Source of the DNA: a virus
Taxonomy: Duplodnaviria > Caudoviricetes
IMG/VR virus record: IMGVR_UViG_3300028920_000023
DNA length: 64,000 bases
Strand: one strand, 5' to 3'
Position numbers and translations under genes: made by a program. Shown here piece after piece: positions 17,008 to 27,800 of the stretch (positions are counted from its first letter, which is position 1; each line of letters starts with the position of its first letter). Below the pieces are notes generated by a model. The model had not been told where the DNA came from, did no database searches, and saw nothing but the letters and a program-made list of their open reading frames with translations.

Positions 17008-20004
17008 TTAGTCCTTCAGAGGACGAGCTAACTTAGCAGCCTTAGTGCCATCATAATCTTTATCAGAGAAAGTAGGTTTCGGATTCATCTGCTTACCATC
17101 ACCATCCTTGCGAGCAGCATCCGCACTGTCATGTCCAGAATCCTGGGGCTTACCAATATCATTGTCCTCAGAAACCGAACATTCATCTTCCTCACCCTCA
17201 CCATCTTCCTCACCATCTTCCTCACTCATAGAGCACTCATCAGTCTGAGCAGACCCGTCATCCTCATCTTCCGACTCGCCACTCTTCTTAAACTTATGCT
17301 TCTCTAAAGCCGGAGGAAGCTTACCCTCGCCAAACTCCTCAGGAGAGGACAACTCATTCTCCTCATCCTCCTCTTCCTCATCCTCCAACTCCTCTTCCTC
17401 ACCCTCCAATTCCTCTTCCTCACCCTCCAACTCATCCTCCTCACCTTCAATATAATCTTCCTGATCATCAAGGAACTCTTCCTTATCCTCAAGATCATCC
17501 TGCTCCTGATCAATTAACTCATCCTCATCGCCCATCTCGCCCTCCATATCCCCCATCTCGCCCTCCATATCCCCCATATCATCAATATCCGGAGGAAGAC
17601 CACCATCCTCAGCACTATTCAAAGCCTGAACAATCTCATCAATATCCTTATCCGTAACAATCGTCACAGCCTTCATCTCTTCCGAGACAGTCCTGCCACG
17701 ACGAGAAACGGACTCCTCCGTGGCATTCAAAGTAGCACGACCCTTAACAGGCATCGCCATCCGGCGTCTCCGAGTACCATCCTTGTACTGATCCTCGGAA
17801 GCCTCACCACCACCAGAACCAGCAGACTTGCCATCACTGCTAGTCATAGAAGCCGCAGCAATACTCTTACCATCCTGACCATCCATACCATCAGACTTGC
17901 CACCAAAACTGCGACCATCACTATCCTGCGTACCACAACCAGTCACACAATCCTGAGGGCCAATCTTCTCGATATCGACCTTCTTACCACCATCCCCACG
18001 ACCATCGCTCTTGGTCAAAGAACGCTGAGCAACACCCTTACCACCCTGGACATCCATCTCATGCCCAGCTCCGGCAATATTCTCAGCAATACCAAGAGAC
18101 TCCTCTACCTGAGTATAGATGTCAGCGCCACAAGCCGGGCAAACCGCACCATCCTCAGTAAGAGCCTCAGCTGGGTCGATATCCCCCTCACTACACTCCG
18201 GGCACACAATATTCTCACCAAGACCAGTCTTCTTCGGCGTATCGCCAGAATGACCAGCATCCTTCTTCACGTTCATCTCCGGCTCGCCCTGGCAACCCAT
18301 CGCATCACCCTTGGAGGGCTCTTTCTTGCCCTTCTGACCACCTTCCTTCGTCTGGGTAACCTTATTGGGCCAAGTAGAATGGTCTTCGCCAAAGCCATAC
18401 GAACCGATCTTGACATCTGGGCTATCATAAGCGTACTGATCCTCGCTCATGACCTTGCCTTCTCTCTCAGCGGACTCTAGAGAAAACTCTTCCTCTTCTT
18501 CCTCTTCTTCCCCAGGCTCCGCAAGAACACCAGCCAGATCCTCATCACCAAGATCTTCTTCCTCGCCCTCTAAGCCTTCATCACCAAACGGCAAATCAGC
18601 CCCAGGAGAACCACCAAGACCAAGGTCCTCATCACCGGCCTCATCACCCAGGTCCATATCACCGAACTCATCAGGCTCAGCATCTGGCTCAGGAATAGCA
18701 TCGAAATCGGACAACGTCATCGCATCATCCAGAAGATTCTCGCTAACAGACGCAACAAGCTCCTCAGCCTCCATGAGCGTCGCATCATCAATCTCATTAC
18801 CCTGCTCTTCCATACGCATGATCAGGTCTTCAAGAGATTCAGTTAATTCCTCATCTCCACCGCCAGAAATAACATCACGCATATCCTTGAGGGCAGTCAG
18901 GTAGATCTTAGCCTTTGCAGTGCGTGTATCGACATCTTCGTTAAAGACCATCCCCAGGAATATGCCATAATCGCTGGCGAAATTCTTGCTCTCACCAAGA
19001 AGCTTGACATTCTTAACCAACGGAGGATATTCTGCCTTACGAGCCGTAAGCTTCCAATCTTCCAGAATTGTATCGTGGTTGGCTACAGCATTCGTGCGAT
19101 ACATCAAAGTGCCCAAATCGTCGGCCAAACAATGGTTCATACAACCCTGTGCAGCCAACGCATTACCTACGAGGTCCTGTGTTTCCTGGAGAGTAAGGAG
19201 ACAAAATTCCTGGGATTCTACAAGGAAGGGCGTCAAATTCTTGATAGCGTTCTTCACACCTTCTCGACCCTCGGACACCAACGACGCACAATGCTTAATC
19301 CTCTTCTGGAAACCATCTGACTTATAAGCCTCTAGAGCAACCTTCTTCATCTTCCTAGCAATAATTCTGCGACGTGTAAACTCATTAACAGGAAGCTTAA
19401 TAGTAGAATTATTAAAAGTTCCCTCAACGATACGCCCTCGGGAAACCTTAACACTACCTTCTAAAACATCACAAATCTTTTTAATGATTTCAGGTTTTTT
19501 GTGTTCGTCAATGACATTAGTACGCATAGGAACAAAACGGTTAATACCATCTCTGGTAGTGATAATACCATGCTCAGGAATCACGCCTCGCTGGAAGCGA
19601 GCCATTGCGATCTTCTTGAAGTGGTTATCAGCTTTTTCGATATCGTCTTGCTTGATGGATTCGATGAGTCCGAGCAGGCTCTCTACGTAGTGCTTTTCTT
19701 TTTCTTCAGACTCGACCACTCTGACTTCTCTGATGCTCTCTATCTGCACCTGTGAGCGGCTTTTTTTGTTGATACTGGCGGTGTAGTACTTGCCTGTCGA
19801 TTGCTCCTGGAATATTAAGTTTTTGGGCTCAAGGGATACGAGCTCCCAGTTTTCGTTGACTTTTTTACCCATTTCTCGGATTCTTTCCGAGAATACGGCT
19901 ACCTGACTTTGTGCGCCTGCGTTTAAACGCCGCAGAAACTTCCTAGCATCCATCTCGACTACGGATACTGGTGTCTGTTTCTGATTAGCGATTTTCTTCG
20001 ACAT
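17008..20004 (-). CDS. Large acidic prohead core/scaffold-like protein
   Basis: 998 aa between portal and protease; D/E-rich C-terminal two-thirds, repeated xSE(D/E) and hydrophobic-x-E motifs, CPEC...CPAC Zn ribbon. Confidence 0.65.
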   Translation of the reverse strand: MSKKIANQKQTPVSVVEMDARKFLRRLNAGAQSQVAVFSERIREMGKKVNENWELVSLEPKNLIFQEQSTGKYYTASINKKSRSQVQIESIREVRVVESEEKEKHYVESLLGLIESIKQDDIEKADNHFKKIAMARFQRGVIPEHGIITTRDGINRFVPMRTNVIDEHKKPEIIKKICDVLEGSVKVSRGRIVEGTFNNSTIKLPVNEFTRRRIIARKMKKVALEAYKSDGFQKRIKHCASLVSEGREGVKNAIKNLTPFLVESQEFCLLTLQETQDLVGNALAAQGCMNHCLADDLGTLMYRTNAVANHDTILEDWKLTARKAEYPPLVKNVKLLGESKNFASDYGIFLGMVFNEDVDTRTAKAKIYLTALKDMRDVISGGGDEELTESLEDLIMRMEEQGNEIDDATLMEAEELVASVSENLLDDAMTLSDFDAIPEPDAEPDEFGDMDLGDEAGDEDLGLGGSPGADLPFGDEGLEGEEEDLGDEDLAGVLAEPGEEEEEEEEFSLESAEREGKVMSEDQYAYDSPDVKIGSYGFGEDHSTWPNKVTQTKEGGQKGKKEPSKGDAMGCQGEPEMNVKKDAGHSGDTPKKTGLGENIVCPECSEGDIDPAEALTEDGAVCPACGADIYTQVEESLGIAENIAGAGHEMDVQGGKGVAQRSLTKSDGRGDGGKKVDIEKIGPQDCVTGCGTQDSDGRSFGGKSDGMDGQDGKSIAAASMTSSDGKSAGSGGGEASEDQYKDGTRRRRMAMPVKGRATLNATEESVSRRGRTVSEEMKAVTIVTDKDIDEIVQALNSAEDGGLPPDIDDMGDMEGEMGDMEGEMGDEDELIDQEQDDLEDKEEFLDDQEDYIEGEEDELEGEEEELEGEEEELEDEEEEDEENELSSPEEFGEGKLPPALEKHKFKKSGESEDEDDGSAQTDECSMSEEDGEEDGEGEEDECSVSEDNDIGKPQDSGHDSADAARKDGDGKQMNPKPTFSDKDYDGTKAAKLARPLKD
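17370..17572. repeat. Coding 21-bp tandem repeats (LEGEEEE-type x3; GDMEGEM x2)
   Basis: 17370..17432 and 17531..17572, read directly. Confidence 0.75.
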
Positions 20005-20100
20005 CGCAAAATCCCCTGAGTTAAATGGTTATGTAATCCCTGGAAAATACCAGAATTTTCAGAGTAAATTTGATTTTAAAGTAGGCTTGAAATAGTGAGA

Positions 20101-23100
20101 TCACTCTGTGGCATAATCAGAGGTGTATTCCTCGACACCCTCGGCAATGGTCCTAGTCACCGGTTGAGACATAACAAAGGAATCATCCATTCTCTTAAGA
20201 GCAAGCAAATAATCTTCCTTAGCCTCCTCGATGACCTTGGTATCAACACTAACAGGACCAATAGACCCCTTCTCAATACCATCAAATTCATTCTTATTAA
20301 GGAAGGACTCAACAGACAAACCATAATCCTTTTCCGAATTCGTCTGTTCCTGTATCTTCTGAGCCTCATAGATAGACTTCATAGTCTCATTTAGAAGCTC
20401 CTTCTCATCCTCATCGAGATCCTCTTCCTTGATATCCGGCTCCTTCAAAGCATTATCGCTGTTAGCCTTCAGAGATAATATTTCATCAGGAGTAAGATCT
20501 GTAAATCTCTCAATAATCCATTCTGGAGGAAACCACCCAAGGTCCTTCAAATTACCCATAATATTAGACCTGGTATTCCACGTCTCGATACGATACAGCT
20601 CATCTATAGCTGAGGCAGCCGTCATATACAGGTCAAACTCACGCATATCGCTCACATCATGATTGCGAAGAGCTAGATGCACTAGACAAATCTTCTTAAG
20701 ACCCAAAACCACTTCACGTTGAATCCACTGAACACTCTTAGCGAACTCAGGAGAAACAGAAGACAAAGACTTGCCATCAGATTCGGAAGGATCGCCAATA
20801 CCAACACGGCTAAATGGAATCTTCAAACCAGAAACCATCTTCTTCTTGAAATATTCGATATCAGCAATCTTATCCAAATTCTCAGCACCAGGCAGCGTGT
20901 CTATGGACGGCCCGGTCCCATCGGGACGCTTTGGCATCCAGAAATCATCTTCCTGTATTAACGGATTCCAACGTTCATTAATCTCCCCAGTACCAGGATC
21001 TACAAACCTATGCTTCTTCATCTGTCTAGCAAGAAGCTGGATATATTGGGGTACTTGGTGCGGAGGGATCTGGCCAATTGGAATATTAAAAATTCTCTTT
21101 TCAGGAGCGCGGGTCTGATGCGTATAAATTCCGTTATAAATGACATTATGAACGTCATTCTCGACTGTTACATCATAAACCAGATCTTCTCCGATTTCTT
21201 CTACTCCGAGAATTCGTTCGTGTTCTGGTAGTTCTTCTTTTGTAAAATAAAGGACCCACGACTCTGTATCTGGCATTGTTCTATTGGTTTTCTTATCTAT
21301 AATATGTCCACCATCTCGTTTACGATGTGATATTAGGCCAGCAGACCAACCCATTCTATCAATAAGTTCTTTGAAGTCTTCGACAAGTTTTTCATTACAA
21401 CATTCTATTGTATGCCCCTCAGTTATGCCACCTTTGAAATATCTGCTATTTCCATCCGCGTCTAAATAACCATCAATAAATGCAATTTGTATTTTACGTG
21501 GTGATCTGTAGACCCAAGATGGTATTCTCTTGTTTTCCGCTCCTTGTATGAAGCCATTAATCAACATAAAATCGACAAGATGTTTGGAATAGACGTAATA
21601 AGATCCTAGTCTATAATCTTCATCCTGACCAAATGATACTTCCGTAACTATTTTCTCGAACAATTGTTTATATTGTTCGTTTATTTCACGGTCATCACCT
21701 AGGGCAAAACCAACCTGTTTAATTCGTCCCCTGGTGCTTACGTAACCGTCCCCTATCATGAAACCAAACCATTTTGCAAAATCCTCATCAGCAACTAATG
21801 GAACATTATATTGCCGACAAATTCGCTGAGGAAAATTATAACACCAACCTTTCATATATTCGAGATTTTGTTTAATATTAATTTCTTGTAAAATAGATTC
21901 GGCTAAATCCTTCTCAATATAGGCATGCTCGCTTAAAAAAGCTTTTATTGTGGTATTCGAGTCCTTCCCTATAGAACAATTTACAGGTTCACTTAGTCTA
22001 GCATAAATCGGAACATCCGGGTGTTCTAATTTTATTAATTCTTCGTTTTCTATTCGTGGCAATAAGAACCTATGACAATAATGCTTAGCACAAGTATTTT
22101 CTAGAGTTTTTAAATCTTGTGTATCAACATATTCTAATTTATCATGATAAAGTACACCATCTTTCTTATATGGCGATACAACAAGAATAGGATGAGTCGC
22201 ATTCGTGAATATCTCGCGATGTCGTGAAAATACACGATAAATTTTATGTCTTCCATTACAAACACAGTTAATGATTTTTGTTGGTTTTTGCTCTATATCC
22301 CGATCTAAACAAAAAGCTGTATCGCCGACCTCAATATCTCTAACATGCTTATAACCATCTGGTGTAGAAACCCTTGTATCTCCACGAACACATACCCTGT
22401 AGATGAGGGCTGCATCTTCCATAAGGCGCAACCTCTTATAATCTTTCCGACCTCCATCAAGAATAGAATTATGAACTACAGCACCATTTGCTACGAAATT
22501 ATGATAATTGGATTCGACTCCGATATCAAACACTTGCTTATTATCTCTTTTTTCTATTCTGCTGATACCCTCTACAACAATATTGTCCTTCTCTGGGACT
22601 ATTATCATATCCCCATGAGACAATTCATTTACTTGCTTATAGACAAGATTATTCCCTTGGTAAGTCATAACAGGATGATTGGATGTAAGATCTAGTCTCC
22701 TGCACGATGTGTGGATGCTATAGGTCTGCTTATACCCATTATCCACAAGATCTATAACTCTTGTAGGTACATTGTGCATACCATCAAAACTATAGACAAT
22801 CTCCCCACTACGAATTTCCTCAATCCTCTTTTGCCCATTAGGTGTGTCAACCAGAGTGCCCTCAATACAACACTTACCATACGGTTCATAAATATTCTCC
22901 AAACTGGTCAGACGCATATGCAGCACTTGCCAAGGGTACAAGAATTCAGGCTCGCCGGCAACAGCGTTTTGATAATAAAAACCGACTAAATCATCATATT
23001 TAGTATGAATTCTAGTAAAATTATAAATGTTCATGAAACGATACCCAGAAACACCATTACGGTGTTTCGTAGGCACAATCTCTGCAGCAAAATCACCAAA

Positions 23101-23502
23101 CTTGCACAAATATCTGATAATAGGACGAATTTCCCTATCAATCATCAGAGTATTATACAGAAAATCTTCAATTACCTTCTTGACTTTCTTGTTCTTTGCC
23201 TTAACCAACACACTGTGCTTGCGTTCTGGGTCAACAAGACTAGACTCATCTGCATAAATATCCAAAGCTAGAGAAATTTCCCCAGTCTGGTCCATCATAT
23301 CATAATCTTTGTAGCGCTCTAACCTGTTAATCTGTAGGTTGGTCTGTTCCAACAAAGCAGACTGCCTACCTACATTTAATAATTGACCACCCTGAGTGAC
23401 CCTCTCAACATCATCTTGGTCGGAATATAGGTTGTCCACCCGATATAGGTTGGCTTGCTTGAAGTAAGCACGTATCCGATCCCAAAGCTGAAAACTAGGC
23501 AT
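20101..23502 (-). CDS. gp20: Portal protein, T4 gp20-like, with two inteins (about 572 aa spliced)
   Basis: EISLALDIYADE, PYGK|SIL, RLMEDAALIYRV|TRAPEKRIFNI, QEDDFWMP, IADIEYFKKK. Confidence 0.93.
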   Translation of the reverse strand: MPSFQLWDRIRAYFKQANLYRVDNLYSDQDDVERVTQGGQLLNVGRQSALLEQTNLQINRLERYKDYDMMDQTGEISLALDIYADESSLVDPERKHSVLVKAKNKKVKKVIEDFLYNTLMIDREIRPIIRYLCKFGDFAAEIVPTKHRNGVSGYRFMNIYNFTRIHTKYDDLVGFYYQNAVAGEPEFLYPWQVLHMRLTSLENIYEPYGKCCIEGTLVDTPNGQKRIEEIRSGEIVYSFDGMHNVPTRVIDLVDNGYKQTYSIHTSCRRLDLTSNHPVMTYQGNNLVYKQVNELSHGDMIIVPEKDNIVVEGISRIEKRDNKQVFDIGVESNYHNFVANGAVVHNSILDGGRKDYKRLRLMEDAALIYRVCVRGDTRVSTPDGYKHVRDIEVGDTAFCLDRDIEQKPTKIINCVCNGRHKIYRVFSRHREIFTNATHPILVVSPYKKDGVLYHDKLEYVDTQDLKTLENTCAKHYCHRFLLPRIENEELIKLEHPDVPIYARLSEPVNCSIGKDSNTTIKAFLSEHAYIEKDLAESILQEINIKQNLEYMKGWCYNFPQRICRQYNVPLVADEDFAKWFGFMIGDGYVSTRGRIKQVGFALGDDREINEQYKQLFEKIVTEVSFGQDEDYRLGSYYVYSKHLVDFMLINGFIQGAENKRIPSWVYRSPRKIQIAFIDGYLDADGNSRYFKGGITEGHTIECCNEKLVEDFKELIDRMGWSAGLISHRKRDGGHIIDKKTNRTMPDTESWVLYFTKEELPEHERILGVEEIGEDLVYDVTVENDVHNVIYNGIYTHQTRAPEKRIFNIPIGQIPPHQVPQYIQLLARQMKKHRFVDPGTGEINERWNPLIQEDDFWMPKRPDGTGPSIDTLPGAENLDKIADIEYFKKKMVSGLKIPFSRVGIGDPSESDGKSLSSVSPEFAKSVQWIQREVVLGLKKICLVHLALRNHDVSDMREFDLYMTAASAIDELYRIETWNTRSNIMGNLKDLGWFPPEWIIERFTDLTPDEILSLKANSDNALKEPDIKEEDLDEDEKELLNETMKSIYEAQKIQEQTNSEKDYGLSVESFLNKNEFDGIEKGSIGPVSVDTKVIEEAKEDYLLALKRMDDSFVMSQPVTRTIAEGVEEYTSDYATE
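21115..22392 (-). mobile_element. LAGLIDADG-containing intein (426 aa) in portal, C-terminal His-Gln
   Basis: YRV|CVRGDT...GIYTHQ|TRAPE; FGFMIGDG and GYLDADG blocks. Confidence 0.88.
22468..22872 (-). mobile_element. Mini-intein (135 aa) in portal
   Basis: YGK|CCIEGT...GAVVHN|SILD; no endonuclease blocks. Confidence 0.88.
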
Positions 23503-23525
23503 AAGTATCCACCTCTTATTTTATG

Positions 23526-23533
23526 TATTTTTA
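23526..23533 (-). promoter_or_regulatory. Candidate late promoter TAAAAATA upstream of portal
   Basis: YAAANATA instance before the AAGAGG SD. Confidence 0.45.
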
Positions 23534-24826
23534 TTTCAATTTAAGGTGAAACTTGGACAAAGGAGGCGTTTTGTACTTTCTATAACCATAAGTACTCACA
23601 AATTCGGACTCAACCATATGAGCAGAACGAGCCTGATTATACAACGTCTTCTTATGCAACTTCCAACCATCCTCATTAACATAGAAATATGAAGGGGCAG
23701 TATAACCATCAAAAACCCAATTCGAGGCCCTATAGATCGTACCAGCATGTCCAGCAGAAGGATCTGAAAAACTAAACAAATAACGAATATTAGAAGGAAC
23801 CAACTTGACACACCTACTTAGAAAATAAGAAGCAAGATTCTTATTCCTAACAAAAGGAACAATAACAAACCTACTCAACTCCATAGCTTCATCCTTCCTG
23901 CAATACGATACATAAACCTCCCTACGGATAGGATGAGAAAAAACAGCACCACAAACCAACTTATCCCCAATATAACCACCAACATAAAAGCCCCTTCTGC
24001 CAAGAGAACCCATATAATGATAATTGCACATCAAATATTGCATTTCATCTTCATTAGCAATTTTAATACTTAAATCTTTAAGATCAATTTTCTCTGACTC
24101 TTTATAAAAACCAACCCACCTCTTCAACAAAGCTTGCATCTTATTAAAATCAAATAACTGATGCTCCCAGACCGTCTTTAACTCATAACCATCGAGCGTA
24201 GAAACATACGAACTCTTAGCCTCATCTTTCCTGGCAACATCGGGTCTGCGGTGCACCCAGTGGCTATTGACTTCTAACAGCAAATCTGTCTCGTCACGAT
24301 GAATAAGGAAATCGAAAGTATATGGACCCAAAACAACTTGATGCTTATACTCAATATTCAGAGAATCAAGAATCTCCTGCATCCTTTTCTCGGTATTTGG
24401 AGTACTAGTGAGTTGCTTCACTAAGGATACAGCGTGAGCTTTTCTATAATTTTCATCCATCCAAGCCTTTTTAGCAGCCTCGGAACACTTCCTCCTGGAC
24501 TCCACATCCCGTACTGACTCAGAGTGTTTACTGCGGTATTTCTCGTCTTTCCATAATTCTTGGGACGATTTCTTTCTCTTATCGACATAATCTTTCTTTT
24601 CCCATATTTTCTTTTGTATCGTGGAGTGTTTCTTTTTTATGTCTGGTTTATTACAGGCACATTTATAACATAACCAGTCAATATTATTGTTTCTTATGCG
24701 TGATTTAACTCTGATGGTTAGGTCTCTGGTCGCATTACAATTATCACATTTGGCTACTATTTTAGGACGTTTTTGGGACAGGTCTACGTTGCCGAATTTT
24801 TGTTTGGTGAGATTCCAGTCGATCAT
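23531..24826 (-). CDS. Zn-ribbon/helical repeat + Vsr/DUF559-like nuclease + Mom-like GNAT fusion (copy 1)
   Basis: CDNC/CYKC; TEKRMQEIL...GPYTFDFL...LLEVNSHWVH; YHYMG...MELSRF...FSFSDPSAGHAGTIYRASNW; ATGA-coupled to terminase. Confidence 0.8.
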   Translation of the reverse strand: MIDWNLTKQKFGNVDLSQKRPKIVAKCDNCNATRDLTIRVKSRIRNNNIDWLCYKCACNKPDIKKKHSTIQKKIWEKKDYVDKRKKSSQELWKDEKYRSKHSESVRDVESRRKCSEAAKKAWMDENYRKAHAVSLVKQLTSTPNTEKRMQEILDSLNIEYKHQVVLGPYTFDFLIHRDETDLLLEVNSHWVHRRPDVARKDEAKSSYVSTLDGYELKTVWEHQLFDFNKMQALLKRWVGFYKESEKIDLKDLSIKIANEDEMQYLMCNYHYMGSLGRRGFYVGGYIGDKLVCGAVFSHPIRREVYVSYCRKDEAMELSRFVIVPFVRNKNLASYFLSRCVKLVPSNIRYLFSFSDPSAGHAGTIYRASNWVFDGYTAPSYFYVNEDGWKLHKKTLYNQARSAHMVESEFVSTYGYRKYKTPPLSKFHLKLK

Positions 24827-27800
24827 CTCATTATGGGTCCGCCGTTATCTAATCGTATGGTTTTGATTTTCTGTGTTATCATGAATCTAGGATCGACCAA
24901 TTTAGAATTAGCTGGCAATCCTCCGAGGGTCATAATATATTCGTTGAATTCTTGTTCTGGGGTCTTATGTTCTGATAGTTCTGGGCATAAAATAACAGGA
25001 GCTAGAGCGTGTATTCCACCAGAATCGTTCAGTTGGCCTATTTGCCGTGCTGCGTCAGGTGGGTCTATTACGTCGTTGTTTAGGCTGGGCACATTGTGCA
25101 CAGGTATTAGTGAGGCGTGATCCGATATCACAGCCTCCGGAAGTCCAACCAGGGACATCCCCAGAGCCATTACGATATCACTGTGATTTCCTGGACCTGG
25201 AACGTGTCCAATTTTATTTCCACCTAGGTGTATAAAGATGTGCAACTGGTCTACGAGTTCTGCGCTGTATACTCTAACTCCATCCTCTACTCCGATGTTG
25301 TCTAATATTGCTTTTACTAGCGTTGGTTTGTGTGCAGGTGAAGTTGGAAAACCGACTTTGGCTGTTCTTTGTCCTTTGGCGGTCTTCATGTGGTAGACGT
25401 TGGAATATCCGAAGTTATTGTAGAATTGCTGGCATACGGGTATCCCGAGTCCTGTTCTTTCTGGGACCACAAAGGCATTGTTGAAGTATCTGGCCAAATA
25501 ATCCATCATACACATTAGGAAATACGGCTGAACTTGCATGTTCAATTCTGCTACTTGTTCACAGTCATTACAGTCGATTACTACTATTGCTGATAGGTCG
25601 TTATCTTCTCCGCTGGAGATATCGACGCCCATACTGTAGGTGTGGCCTGGTGCGCCTGGCCGTATTATTTTGCCTTGTTCTATGAGGTCTGGCTGCGGTT
25701 TGATTGGACGCTTCCAGATTTTGAGTTTACCATCGAAGTCCAGTTCTAGTTCTTCGCTTGTGGTTGGGTGTATATAGGGGACTTTTCCTACTACGAAGTA
25801 TTTCCGTCCCCCGTTGTTATCCAGGTCATCTACTAGGTATAACAGTTGATTTCTTGATAATACTGTGTTTCCGGTTCCTATGAATTCTGCTAGGATTTCT
25901 TGTCTAAAGAGGTGTGCTTCTCCTCTTTGCTGTAGTTGTCTGTATTGTTCTTCTAGCCAGGGTGAGTAGTATGGTCCCCATTTTTCTTTTTCTTCTTTTG
26001 TTCTGCATTTCCGGATTCCGTCTGTGGGGCATATTCTTCTTTTTTGACCTGTTTTTTGATCCTCGAATTCTATGGACCAGTCCATGTCCCACCAATTGAC
26101 TATGATGGGGTTAAAGTCGTTTCTTTTCTTTTCAGCGTCACTCCATGTTACTTCATACCAATTCCCTACTCCGTTACATGTACTAATAACTATCACAGAT
26201 CCACCATGTTGCAGTGTATTATGACTTATAAAACCGTTTGCTATGTAGGTATTGTTTTCGGGCACGCTAAGATCTAGAGTTTTTGCTTTACTTTCTCTTA
26301 TAGACTTAACTTTCATAGGCACTAGGCCATTACTTAGTATTCTACCTAGAGCAGTATCTTTGTTATCATCACAGAGCAGGTCTATTGCTCTGTTATATGG
26401 TATTCTATTATTCCTTTGATAGTATCTGGTTATAGATTTTTTATTTGATTTTCTACAAAATTCTTCAACTGCTTTATGTCGTATTGATAATCCGTGTTCC
26501 TGTTTAGGCGCATCTAGTATTACGTTCTTTCTATCTGATATGAATCCTATTTCGTTTATAAATCTTATATAATTTCTACGATCTATTGTTGATAATCTGT
26601 ATGATTTCTTGCTGTTGGTAAATCCTCCTCTTCCTTCAGATGTTCTAGTTATAATGCCCAATGAGAACAGAGATGATCTCACTTGGTCTATAAGAACCTT
26701 CGATACAGACGAACAAGTAATTCTTTTATTTGATGACGAGCCATCGGCTTCAAAATAACCTCTCAAAAATGCACATATGATTTCTGGGCCACTTGACAAA
26801 ATCGCCTTTGGGATTCTAGCGTGATATACATCTTCCTTAATCAATCCATGCCTAAACATCCAGTCTACAAATGGGGCATTATAGACTTTGATATCAACCG
26901 TATGACACGCATATTCGGTTTTTGGATTTAGTCCGATATTCTTTAGTTTAATTATTAATTTTTCATGTAGCTGTTTGTCTGTAGGACAGCAATGCGGTTT
27001 TATTCTTTTCGGTCTAGAGACGGAGGAACTTCCGTCTCCGATATAATAACCTATAATCTCAGCAAGATCAACGGTCATTATATCTGGCAATTTTTGTGGC
27101 TTATGATGTACACAAGATGGACAAATATATTTTTCTTTCTTCGATTTCCGTAAAGTTATAACCTTGAGAACAAATTTTTTGTAGCACTTATGACATATTA
27201 CCTCAGTATGATCTCTGTTCTTAAGGTTCCCAAGATTAATTAGGTCACATTCCGGCTCTACAAAAACATGTGGCTTTCCTCTACACGTATTTGGCAATAA
27301 GCAAACATAATCATCCTGTTTTAATTCTCTTAATTCTTTCCAGACATATTCTCCTTGTTCGTTAAATATTCTAAGTTTATGGTGTGGTGTTGCTTCAAAT
27401 TCATAACCCAATTCGGTCTCAATATGTAAAGTATTGGTATATCCACTATTGAAGATAGCAGAACATTGCTTATCTCCAGAGTCCGTAGGGAGATCGATAT
27501 CTAGATTCCCAAATTCCCCAATTCCAGTATTGTCATTAAGCATCTCCTTTATCTCTATCAAACCATCGTTTGTAGAGATAATTGAATCGTCAGAAACACA
27601 AGGCCAGCCTGCTGCCCACATCTCATCCATGTGCGGCATAAATCCAGCTTCATCAATAATATTCAAAGATGAAGAATTAGATCTCAGTGTTTCTTTAGAG
27701 GATGTCAGACTACTGATCTGTGATCCATTCGGAAACACGATCTCATGTTCATTGTATGTGGGTGGTGGATCGCCGTAGATCTGATGGAATTCTTTAGGCA

